A stretch of DNA of 64,000 nt from Marsupella aquatica (Eukaryota; Plantae; Marchantiophyta), in assembly GCA_973895155.1 (NCBI GenBank), contig OZ316898.1, forward strand, positions 9,473,079-9,537,078, read 5' to 3'. Both the position numbers and the translations under genes were made by a program. Below the pieces are notes generated by a model that was given only the letters and a program-made list of their open reading frames with translations, made no database searches and was not told the origin of the DNA. Positions 23,990 through 35,949 of this stretch are shown here, one piece after another (within the stretch, counting starts at the first letter, position 1; every line of letters starts with the position of its first letter).

Positions 23990-26686
23990 ATGACTAGATT
24001 TGGAGAGTTAAGTTTGAGGTGGAGAAGTACGATGGTCGTACTGATTACTTGCTTTGGGAGAAGCAAGTGAAGGGTGTCCTTCGGGCCATGGGCTTAGCTC
24101 ATCTGCTTTCATCGCGAGAGCAGTATGATGGAGAGGAGGAGATTTCTGTGAAGCAGTGGAGATAGGAGCAGGTGATTGCTATCAACGCAATGATGCTATA
24201 TCTCAAGCCGCACATCATCAAGCAGCTGGATGATTATGCGGATTGCGCGTCACTGTTCAAGGCTCTAAGAGAGAAATATTACCGGGAAGATGCATCAGAC
24301 CGGATGTACAAGAAGTCTCTCTTGATGAGCCTCAGGCTCAAGGAAGGAAGCAAGATGCAGGATCACCTAGATGAGTTTGACAGTCTAGCGGTGGATCTGT
24401 CAAACCTGGGAAAAGGAGTTAAAGATGAGGATAAGGCCTTGCTTCTGCTAAGCTCCTTACCGCCGTCATATCAGGGCTTGAAACATGTGCTCTTGTATAG
24501 AGATCTGAAGTCCATTTCGTATAATGAGGTGGTGAGCTCTTTACTGTCTGATGATGCTCAAAAGAAGCTAGGTCAATCACACACAACATCTTCTTCTAGC
24601 ACTGCGCTGAACGTGAATCATGGGAAAGCAACGCAGCGCACAAATGGGAAGAACAAGTTTAGATCTACATCACGGGGGAGATCTAAATCTAGAGGGAAAT
24701 GGCAAGAGAGGAAGCCTCTTACATGTTGAAATTGTGGCAAGCCTGGCCACATGAAAAGGGATTGTCGAGTAAAGGTCCCTACTGCATCTGCTAACGCGGC
24801 ATCGAGCTTGCATGAGGTAGATTTACTCGATGATGATGACATATTGTGATGTCAAGGTTATGCTCTTGAGCAACGTAGTGTCAAATTCAGGTAGTGATGA
24901 TTGGATTCTAGATAGTGCATGTATTTTTCACATTTACTCTCAGAGCAGAGATTTTTTTAGTTCTTACACGAATTCCAACGGTTCCGTGTTGATGGGAAAT
25001 GAAATCCCATGTCAAGTTGTTGGACTTGGATCTGTTAGATTTCAGATGTTTGATGGTACTGTGAGAACGTTGAGGAATGTGAGACATATTCCCAGCATGA
25101 TGAAAAATCTCATTTCACTTGGAGTTTTAGAAGCAAATGGCCATTAGTGGAGTTCTGCTAATGGTGTCCTTCAGGTTTCAACTAGAACTAAAGTTGTATT
25201 GAAGGGAAAGAGACATAGCAATCTATACGTTTTGGAGGGCAGTGTAGTTTGTAATGAAGCCAATGTAACCTTATCTCATGAGGAAATGGCCCGGCTGTGG
25301 CACTTCCGTTTGGGCCACATAAGTGAAAAAGGTTTGATTATTCTTCAGAAGAAAGGATTACTTTCTAATTTGCAATCTTGTAAGTTGGAATTTTGTGAGC
25401 ACTGTGTGCTAGGAAAGCAGCACAGGAAACCCTTCGGAGTTGGAACTCACACCAGCAAGGAGGTACTTGAGTATGTACATAGTGATGTGTGGGGTCCAGC
25501 CCCTACTCCCTCACATTCTGGACGGTTATACTACGTCACGTTCATAGACGATTACTCAAGGTATGTGTGGATATACTTTCTACACAATAAGTCTGATGTT
25601 TTTGCCACTTTTAAGGAGTGGAAAGCCCAAGTAGAGAATCAGACTGGTAATAAGGTGAGATATCTTCGATCGGATAACAGGGTGAATACAGTTCCGGGGA
25701 ATTTGGAACGTATTGTAAGGAGCAGGGGATTACCCACCATCTCACAACAAATTATACTCCTTAGCAAAATGGTGTTTTTGAGAGACTCAACCGAACATTA
25801 TTGGATCGCTTGAGGAGTATGTTGAGTCAATCATGCTTACCACATGAGTTTTGGGCTGAAGCTATCAACACTCTAGCTTATTTGGTAAATTTTTCTCCAT
25901 CCAGTTCTATTGGGTTCAAGACGCCATTTGAAATGAGGTACGGGCGTCCAGCAGATTACTCACATCTGAGGATTTTTAGATGTGATGCTTATGTGCTTAC
26001 ACCTTCCCAGCTTCGATCCAAGCTGGAGTCTAAGTCGAAGAAGTGCATTTTTCTTGGCTATCAGAAAGGTGTGAAGGGTTATAGGTTATGGGATCCAGTA
26101 ACTTGTAAACTAATTGTTAGTAGAGATGTGTCCTTTAATGAATCCAGATCATCAAAAGAGGGGGAGAGTTCTCAGGACTCCCATACTGACAAGGGGAAAT
26201 CTCTCATCCCGGACCGGGTTGAGGGGGAGATTAGTCATGATGATGTGCATGACAGGAGAGATGGAGAAGCTTCAGGCTTGGAGCTGGTTCCTGTGATGGA
26301 ATAAGAGGAGCAGATTGTTGCTGGAGTACCTCAAAATCAGCCAGCAACAACAACAGATCAGCCTGAGTCATCTACTAGAAGAACTTCCAATCGTTCTACT
26401 AGAGCTCCTACTAGGTATGGTCAATGGGTAGACTCATCTAAGCTAGATGATATTGACATTGCACCTGATGAAGATGATATGGCTTTGATCTTGGAAGAAG
26501 GTGATGGATAGCAGGGTGAAGCACATTGATATCAGGTACCATTTCATTAGGCAAGCAGTGTCTAATAAAACTTTTGAGCTAGTCAAGATTGATGGAAAGC
26601 TCAATCCCGCTCATGCCTTTACCAAAGTGATTTCTTTGGAGAGTTTCTCAAGACATCGTGCTACTTTGCAGGTTTTGCAGTTGTAG
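23990..26686 (+). pseudogene. Copia gag-pol pseudogene (gag, zinc knuckle, protease, integrase, RNase H tail)
   Basis: KFEVEKYDGRTDYLLW; C*NCGKPGHMKRDC knuckle; WILDSAC protease; LWHFRLGH..CEHC and VHSDVWGP integrase; KHIDIRYHFIR RNase H; several stops and frameshifts; no RT. Confidence 0.92.
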
Positions 26687-26882
26687 TACAAGTAGAGTTA
26701 TTTAGCAATGTGTGACTATTTGTATATGGATTACTCATTCCTATTTGGCTACGGCTTAGTTCTAGTTAACCCTTAGTTAACCCTTGTGGTTTTTAGGGGG
26801 AGACCTGGTTTGGTGATTGTCTAGAACTTCCCGCTGAGGATTCCATATGGTAGCATTTAGTCCAGTCCCCAAGACAAGAGTC

Positions 26883-26891
26883 AAGGGGGAG
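26883..26891 (+). promoter_or_regulatory. Copia polypurine tract
   Basis: AAGGGGGAG immediately before the 3' LTR. Confidence 0.85.
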
Positions 26892-26893
26892 TT

Positions 26894-27534
26894 TGTTAGA
26901 TATTGCTCTTAGTCTTGTTGACTCATGAGCTAGCTACAGTTAGTCTAACTCGGGTTAGGACTTAGCTAATGTTAGCGGTAGTGCTATTGTGCACATAGCC
27001 AGGGCTGATGCCTCGGGGGGTTGACTATAAAAAATCTTAGGAACCACATGCGATCCAAAATAGGTATTTTGGATAGAACTTAACTAAATTTTAAAAAAGC
27101 GTAGGAGGCAAAAGAAGGTATTATAAACTTATGTTTATAGAATATTCTCTAATATATATCTTTTATAAAGTAAAATAGGTTATTAATATTGAAAATAGAG
27201 AATATTCTTGGAATATTTTCTTTATAAAATAGGTCTATTTATATTAGGCTAGGATCGCACGTGGTACCCCAAAATATACACTTAGTTAACCCCCCGAGGC
27301 TGATGCTAGACCCTGGTGGAACTTAGGCTCATTGTTACGGAGCTAGTTGAGAGATAAGGAGAGCTTGTGCTGTGGATGCTTGGTATGGCCGGTCGGCCTA
27401 GAGTGCAGTAAAGCTCTTGTGTATTCTCGTGGACGTAGTCTCATGTGGAGGTGAACCACGTATCTCTCTGTGTCGACTCTTGTGCGTTGGATGGTTCATG
27501 GGCTTGCTGTTATGAATGTCGTCTATGCTCAACA
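26894..27534 (+). repeat. Copia 3' LTR with internal MITE
   Basis: Direct repeat of 21794-22139 plus a 295-bp insertion. Confidence 0.95.
27012..27298. mobile_element. MITE (non-autonomous TIR element, ~290 bp) in the copia 3' LTR
   Basis: TIR CTCGGGGGGTTGACTA / TAGTTAACCCCCCGAG (15/16 match); flanking duplication GCTGATGC; sub-terminal inverted repeat ACCACATGCGATCC / GGATCGCACGTGGT; AT-rich core; absent from the 5' LTR. Confidence 0.9.
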
Positions 27535-30500
27535 AATATATCATATTCTTTTTATGTATACCCTTCTTTCTAAAAAATTTTTATATAGGTAATTATTTTA
27601 ATAATCATATATAGTATATCATTTTTTTTATGTACATATTTTTTTCTATGTGTATATGTTATGATAAATAGTAATCATGACAAAACGTATACATGCTTAT
27701 CATTTGACATAGATCATGGTCATGAGTTTTCCATTCACATGATGAACCATGAAGTTGTGTCTAGAGGTATCAACTCTAGCTTATAGTTGACACTTTATAA
27801 GTAAGATTGAGGGGAAGACTTCTCTTTCAGTGCAACCGAAGTCTAATAAAAAGTATTGACTCCAATGCTCATCTCACTTTGTCAATGAGAAGCCTTGCCC
27901 CAAACCTTGACACTCTTCATCCCAAATTGGATTGTGTAAAGTCAAAGTTAGTTTATACCTTAAAGAAAAAGGGTAAGTTGGTTTGGGGAGGAACACCTTA
28001 CTTGAATGAAGATTGCCCAAGTAGTTTTTTAGGCGCTCACCAACTCTAAACTACTGGGTTTTGGCAGGTTTGTTTTGCTTATTTGAAATACTTCCAACAT
28101 GTTCTAGAGAGTCTCAAACTTTGTCAGAGTGTAAATAGTTATAATTGTATTCTGAAAATCATTCTCTTTCTTGTCTACAATTCTTCCAGCCCATCACCTG
28201 CAAAAAAAATATAGGATTGCTTTTATTACGGACCCCCATTAGGGGTCATTTGCAAAATTCCTGGCTCCACAGCGCGCCACACCATCATGGCACGTTGCAA
28301 ACAGGAAGAGACTTGTTTTTGAATAAAATTAACTTCTGCATTCGTGTTTGTGGCAAGTTTGCTGTAAAAACTGGGACGCCATGCCGTAAAAACAAATGCA
28401 AAAAAACTGACATGCAAATCAAAAGACAAAAAGATTGAGGTAAAATTGCTCCCCAAAATGGTTTTATTTATATTTTGATTTTATTCAAAACATAAAATTT
28501 TCCCGGTAGCACTTTTCAATTTGACATTGTTGAGTCAAATCATAATGAAAACTCACGTATAATATGGCGTAAGAAAGATCTTGAAGAGACGGTCCCGATG
28601 AGCTCAACATTGTCATCATTCGGTAAAAATTGAGTAAGTAGTTTGAAAAATAAATTTTACCCTTGATTTCATAATCTCTACGTGAATAGAATTTTTGTTA
28701 TACAACCCCTGAAATGTTGACCCTTTCTATGAGAATGAACCTAAAATTGGCAAATTTTATTGAGTACTAAGGAGATTATGAATTTTAGAATTTCTTTAGC
28801 TTTTTAACATTGATAAATTTAGTTGAGTTATGAGGAGATTATAAATTTCCAATGTTCTTGACCTTTCCAATGAGTGTAACATTGGGAGATTTTATCAAAT
28901 ACTAAATGGTCATGAGTTTCTAAATTTCTCTAGCTTTTGATTAATTTTGAATTTCACAATTGGAGATTTGTTTCCATGAAATTTTTTGTCTTAAATGATT
29001 ATGCAAAGTTAATGATTTGATGACACCGATGACTTCTCTCTCTTCGTCTATCTGTGTGTAGGAATTGAAAGTGATTACTTCGATGCAACTTGAGTGCATC
29101 CAGCATCCCTTCGGTACCGTGGAGGAAACCGTCGAGCACCATTTTGCTGAAATGAGCAATTAAGCTACCCACACATTAAACATTAGTTCACATTGCAACT
29201 GGTTTTGCGATTGATGTTAATTATGGTTGCCTTGGTAACTTTGACAATTGTTTCAAGTGTCAAATATTGACTTGTCCATTTTTGAATTTTTTTTCTTTAG
29301 ATTTGGAGGTCCATCTAGGTTTCACTTTGTAGATAACTGCCTCTAAAATAACATGGGGGTCCACGGATTAATGGAGTTTCAAGGAAGACTCGTAGGTTTA
29401 TGTGAAAGAACATTATAAATTTTGAACAAATGTCATGGGTGATATGCATGGGACCCACTCAGAGTGAGGCCCACAAGGGCTGAAACCTTACTTAACCCTA
29501 GCACATAGCACATATGCCTACTGTAGTCCTGTGCTAATGGGAGTGGCCAGTGCCTTAGTTCAATCATTTCCAAATATCTCTCTACCAATCAAACCAGGAG
29601 CCTTTTGGTATCCACTTCCCTACCAAAATGGCTACCACAACTAAGTGTCGAATTGTCCTCCTGTCTGCAGGGCCCTTTGAGTCTAATCCTCCTGCTCTTG
29701 GATCCACCTTTTCACATGGTCACCAAACCCATCACCCAAAATTGGAAGTGCTCTGAATCTACTTCTTGAGACTAGATCTGGAAAAGTTTTTTTATCTACC
29801 ACACCCATCCGTGCAATTGACTTGTCAAACAGACTTCGGACAATGAAGACATGCTCTCCTGAGTTTCCAACATGATTTGGTAGGCTCATGCACATCCATA
29901 CAGACTTGGATAGCACACTCAGAAAAATTATAAACTTGCAGAGCACATCTGTCTTGGAAATGGACCCTCGTGAATTTGGAAATATATTGACACTTGGGCT
30001 CCTCACACTCGGGCTCATCAAACCTGCGAATGTTTGTGTATATCATATGTCATCAAGTGAAGTAGTAAACTTGCATAAACTATTCGGGTACTTTTCTTTC
30101 GATCTATCAAGTCTCCTCTCCTTTTTCTATTTTGAGAGAGTTCTGTCAGACGTATTGTTCATCGAGTCCAATGCCCGACTATCAACTTCAATTCTAATGT
30201 TATCACAACAGACCATGACATCTTTGTTGTGCATACATTGAGCACTCATATCTCAATTGTTTTTTGCCTTGAAAACCGAAAGCAGGCCCATCCTACAGAG
30301 GATAGACGTCCTGCTTTGGAGCATACATTTGCACTCAAATCTCAATTGAATCGCTTTGAAGGCTCAACCCGCTATCTACAACATCTTATACAAGGGCTAC
30401 TCTAATGTAGCCGAGCTCTGTCGCAGCTGCATTGATGGGACGATGATGGGGACGACGTTTGATGGGCACGCTTTTGTGCATTGGTTGATGATGCGAAGGT

Positions 30501-30666
30501 CGAAGAGTCGTCAATCTGTGCATAAACGAAAATATTTTCTCTATGTAGGACCGATCGAGTCGTTTGGCCACGACTCCAGATCTATGACCAGTGGTTTCAT
30601 CTTGTCGTAAATCTCAATTGATAAGAAGGTCTCCTCTACCCGCTCCGAAGATACACCTCCAGAACC

Positions 30667-33241
30667 TTAAAGCCCTCTGGCATTTAGAAATGCCACTACC
30701 TGCCGCATGCTGGGCCTCATTCTACTATCTTCGTGCAGGCACATCTTTGACAGTTCCACCAGAGAACCCAACTCTTCAGGTTCATATTCGCCGTTCAGCC
30801 TTTCGTCCACCAGCTCGTGATAGAGGGATGGACTGGTCACATAGGGAGCCGCCCAGGAGCTTAGTGAAGCCGCGTTGTAGATGGCTTGATGCCCAGAGAT
30901 GAGCTCGAGTAACACTACTCCATAGCTGTACACATCACTCTTGGAAGAGAATACTCCAGAGAGGAAGTACTGTGGATCCAAATAGCCAATTGAGCCTTTC
31001 ACTATGGTCTCGATCGACTGGAAGGCTGTGGCATCTGCAGGAGCAGATTTGGAGAGCCCGAAGTCAGCAAGCTTAGCCGAATCCGTGGCTGTTAGCAGGA
31101 TATTCTGTGACTTCACATCTCTGTGTACAATTGGAGGGTCTGCATCGTGGTGAAGGTATTCAAGACCATAGGCGACATCGGATGCAATTTTGGTCCGCTT
31201 GTGCCACGGGATGACATTCGCACATAACTGACGCATCTCCATGGAATCCATTATATTATTGCTTGGAGGGATCGGTATTGCAGGCTCGTGGAGTCGATCG
31301 TAAAGGCTCCCATTTGGGAGATACTCAAACACCAGCATGTGGGCCCCTGCATGCGCAGGCCACCTGTCAATCGACGCTACCTTGATTGAACTAAATTTAC
31401 TCCGAGACGTCTACAGATCATAATACTAGGAATTTGAAAAGCTTTCAAGTCGCTCGAACGTAATATCGACTGCGCGCCTCTAGTAGAGCAATAGCTAATG
31501 AAAGGCTCTGGACGAACCTCGGTGAATGCAATATCCTATCAAGTTGACGAGATTGCGGTGGTGAACTCGCAATAACACCACGATTTCATCCGAAGCAAGA
31601 ACTTTGGAAGATGTTAGCCCCTTCCGTTTTTCCACTTTGACAGCTCCAGCTGTGCCATTTGGAAAATCAGCTTTGTACACGGTGCCGAATGCCCCCTCGC
31701 CCAGCACAGCACTAAAACTTTTGGTGGCGGCGGTCAGTTCCTTGACGGAAAATAATCTTGCAGTGTCTGTCTCGTAGAGATTGGAGTAATCCTCCTCAGG
31801 CGGAAAGAACCTCTTCCTACCGAAAACAATACCCACTATGCTAACGATGAGAAGAGCAAGTCCAGCGACAGACCCAACAACTACCTGAAACGTTGTCGTT
31901 TCCCAAATAGAAGCCTTCTTAAGACGTAACAGTGTAACGTTGTCTATCATAGGCCCACAGCTGCTATTGAAATTAAGGCTCGTGAAGGAAATTGTGGTGA
32001 CGTTAGCAGAAGCTGTGAACGTTATGGAGTGAGGCTGCCATTGAGATGGAGCAACAATGGAGCTACTCGACGTCCTCACATCTATGCTGAAGTTCTGCTG
32101 GAAGCCATACCCATCAATCTGTGCCGCTTGGAGTGTGCTGTTGGAAGTCGGGTTAGTTATCCGCACCTGCAATTGAGCCTTCTGGTACGATGTATTGCAT
32201 AATGGCCGGTTGCTTACTTCCAACTTTGGAGGGAAACCAGTGAAGTAGAAAGAAAGGAGGTCCTCGCTTCCTACCTGGGTTCTAATTGTTTGACTCACCT
32301 GACCCCTGAAATCTCCATCTGCATATGTATTCAAATGAATGCTCCATAATCCATGAGCTGGTTCAATCAATCCGGCTTTCACGTAATCAATGGGGCCATA
32401 ATCAATGACCCAACCGCAAAGTGAGAAGTAGGTGGGACGTGTCTGACGACTGACGGTATTCGTTCCTAGCGATATCCTCTCCAGCTTGAATAGTGCTGCT
32501 TTCAAAATCTCCGTTGACGATTTCATCTAGAGACGAATTTGTGATCTCAAGCAACCCTTGGATTGTGAATCTGTTAGTAGACCTATCAATCAAGTTATTT
32601 GCGGACATAAATATGAAATTAGCGGAGAACGTGAACCCTGGAGTTGAGCTGCTGGGGAGGGACGAATTTAGCGTCATATACTGAGAAGTCACATAGTTAG
32701 ACGGGTTGGTGTCCTTGTCAGGGATTTCTCCCCCCAGAAATAGGTCTTCCCCTTGTGGCCCCGGCAATGCACTAATGACGCGACTGCCGTTCCTCCTCCA
32801 CTGTTGACTAACTGCAGAAGAATTGCAGGGGCGCAATTTCAGTAGACTCAGAGAACTCCAAGCCACAGCATCGATACACAGGATTGGGGTAAGAACTCCG
32901 AAGACGATGGTTTGTGTGGGTTCGTGGTAAGTCCACATTTCGTTCGGCGAAGAGCCATCACACCTATATGTGGCAATCGTGCGATTCCAGAAATGGCCCT
33001 TTGCTTGATCTGCAGGAGTTGGAGTATAGCCATTTGGATCGTATGTCAATGCGTTGACGCAATACTGACAATAAGGCTCCACACCGCTTGGATATGTGCC
33101 ACTGGCGATCCATCCGAAGTCGTAATCAGCCTGGTTTGAGCTGTAGTTCCAGCCCGCCTGGACCGGCAAAGCTACGAAGGGAATACACATCCAGCTGATA
33201 GTCGCCCAAAGCCACAACATGTTAAGCATTTGATGCGCCAT
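30667..33241 (-). pseudogene. Receptor-like kinase: signal peptide, ricin-B-type lectin, DUF642-like domain, TM, Ser/Thr kinase; one apparent frameshift (pseudogene or sequencing error)
   Basis: ATG at 33241 with hydrophobic signal; YRCDGSSPNEMW and LRPCNSSAVSQQW; NGDFE...GWVIDYGPIDYV...CGPMIDNV; TM VVVGSVAGLALLIVSIVGIVF; GEGAFGTVY, HRDVKSQN, DFGLS, GSIGYLDP; phase-1 intron 31517-31347; frame change at ~32420-32490. Confidence 0.85.
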
Positions 33242-34329
33242 ATCGCCAGTATATAAATCGAGTCAAGGTGGTCGTTGGACACGCACGAACTAGACCTGTC
33301 CGCCGGTCGTATGGCCCGACCATTAAGTCAAGTATCTACGGGCACAAGGAGGAGGATCTCCCTTAGCATGAGAAATCCGGAAAGGCACGTCACTTGAATT
33401 GAATGCTACCATATACGGTATGGTCGGAATTGAAATCACTGACCGGGAATGCTGATCAGAAATCTGATTGTAATAGATGGGTTCGCTATTTGCTAGACGA
33501 TTAAAGCCAATTGGGTTGGAGCGAAACCTAGCCAACTTTTGGCAGACTCCTTATATAGGAGAACCATATCGTCTAAATTGAATTTCACGTGTTAATGTAC
33601 TGTCATCTGACTGGGCCAATGCTACACGGTCTACACTCAGTGCCAATTCAAACTCAAAACTAGTTTCACCTGTGAAAGCTACACTGCAGCACACCGCCCT
33701 GGGAGATAACAACTGCATGCTCGAATGGAAAGCTATTAATGATCGAGGAGGTTGAAAGAGTTCCAGTCCACCTGATCACGGAGACATTCAACAAAGAACG
33801 ATTTCGAGCTGATGAATTCCTTCCAATCAAACCCAAACATCCTCGGCATAATTATGGTCATTTCTCGAGGGGAACGGTGGGAGCAAAGTTTGGAGGTAGT
33901 CGCGTCCAGTGGAGTGGCCCACCGATCGCCATTAGGATAAATCTGATGGCCAGTGTGCGTTGATTATACGTTTTCCATTCAATCAATCGTATGTCGTTCA
34001 CATGTTTGAGCTCAATATACAAATTCCCAAATCCCAATGTGGCCTACGTCTACAGGACGAAGACCTGGAACTTGAACAGCAATAATTCCGTATAGCTCTG
34101 TCCGACTTTTTCAGCGAAAAGTTAGATCGACGAATAGGTCATAAGGCCCAGTAGCTCGTCCAAATTGAGAAAGATGCAAACAACTCCCGAAATCCGAGTA
34201 AAAGTGTGCATCATGATCGAGAACGGTACATGTGATTGACACTGGCAAGCTCATCAACTTAATGTTCTCGTTGAAGGATAGATTGTTGCTTTGCCTTTGG
34301 GATCTTGTCTCCCTGTTTGGCATTTTTGC

Positions 34330-34446
34330 CCTTGGGCACTGTGTTATATACTTCCTTTGCCGCACTTTTGATTTATTGTCGTCAAAGCCCCTGGGCACTG
34401 TGTTATATACTTTCTTTGGCCCACTTCTGATTTATTGTCGTCAAAG
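34330..34446. repeat. Tandem duplication, ~59-bp unit
   Basis: GGGCACTGTGTTATATACTT...GATTTATTGTCGTCAAAG twice. Confidence 0.8.
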
Positions 34447-34680
34447 TAACTCAGTAACTCTAATGACCACTTCCTGTTCCAAACATGGACTCCAGGTCTT
34501 GGTTTTTCCTCAACCCATGTCTAGTTGGCTTTAGGGCCCAGCTGGTTCAACCCTCTCTCCCTCCTCTGGTCAGTTTGGGGTTTAGGGTGTAGGGAAAAAG
34601 GAGGAAGAAAGGAAAAACTGAAAGCAAAAAAGGGGACAAATAGAAAAGGAAGGAAGGCCGGGAGATTTTGATCAAAAAAA

Positions 34681-34770
34681 CTTATGAGGGCCAGACATTT
34701 CTCCCCGTCAACCTTGCTTAACATGCTTATGAGGGCCAGACATTTCTCCCCGTCAACCTTGCTTAACATG
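34681..34770. repeat. Perfect 45-bp tandem duplication
   Basis: CTTATGAGGGCCAGACATTTCTCCCCGTCAACCTTGCTTAACATG x2. Confidence 0.9.
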
Positions 34771-35949
34771 CTTCCATGCCTGCCCAACAATGATAACATT
34801 TGGTACAATGCAGAGAAACATGCAACTGTAATAACAACAGTTTTGCAAGAATAAGACGTCGACTGCATTGATCACCCAACCAAAAATAACAACAGTCACT
34901 TATGGTTACCACTAAGTTGAAACGACAAGATCTCCAAAACAACATAGCTGGAACAACACTTCTACAATAGTAATGTACATGCCTCCGCAATAATCAAATG
35001 TCACTCTGTCTTGATCACACTCTGAGATTTACAACACAACAACATCCATTGCACGCCAACATGTCCACAACAATTGTAGCTTAACCACAAGTTCCACAAC
35101 ATGGCTGCAAATAACCACTAGACTGCAAACTAACCCACTAACCATGCAAACTAGACTTAACCCCAAATCTATGACTAACAGGCAAAACATGGGTAAGAGA
35201 GCCATGGATGACCTGCATTGTACGTTTGAATGTGTTGATTTTTATCATTCAAAATTAATAAGCAAAACTAACAAAGCAGTGAGGTCCCATAATTATGATA
35301 TTGTGAGTGAAAGATCCCCACTACCCCGTGCATCCCCCTCTTGAGGTGGGAGAGAGTATGGAGGTTAAGTTGAGGGCGGTGATAACCATCCAATGAAAAA
35401 GAATTGACCAAATGTACATTGACAGTTGGATCATTCCTAGCTAACTAGGCTTACTTTGCTTAATTAATCCACCATGAAAAATGTGACAATTTAGTAATAA
35501 AATAAAATGGCTACAAACAATATAATTAGACCCCCCAAAACAAGAGAATATATGTCACTATTGATTATATCCTACCCATGTCACTTATTCATGTTGGGTA
35601 TTTATTCCCATTTGCCATAATGATTAAGAAAAATTGGTTTGGTGATTATTTTAATTTTAATTTGGGCCTCCGATGGCTGGCTACCTTGTTATTTTTCTAT
35701 CTGAAAAATATTTGAACACCCCATATATATTCCATTTATTATGTCAATGTAGAAATTAATGGAACCCCTTGAAGTTCATTTCTTTCTTTGCCACCTTTTC
35801 TCTAATGTTAATTGAAGGGAAAAGGAAATCTGTTTTATGCCCGATTAGAACTCAGGACATCAAGTATCCAACTGGACTCTTCAAACACTGGGTCACAATA
35901 GATCTATGGTACAGATGATGTAACTTATATATTCACATTTATATAAATC

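Larger units (their letters stand above)
21794..27534 (+). mobile_element. Ty1/copia LTR retrotransposon, decayed, RT deleted
   Basis: LTRs 21794-22139 and 26894-27534 (TG...CA); 5-bp TSD AATAT at 21789-21793 and 27535-27539; PBS and PPT present; gag-protease-integrase-RNaseH order. Confidence 0.96.

Noticed and set aside
27700-30600. Possible decayed transposon or gene fragments (ORFs at 29683-30241)
   Set aside because: No diagnostic motifs or termini that I could recognise.
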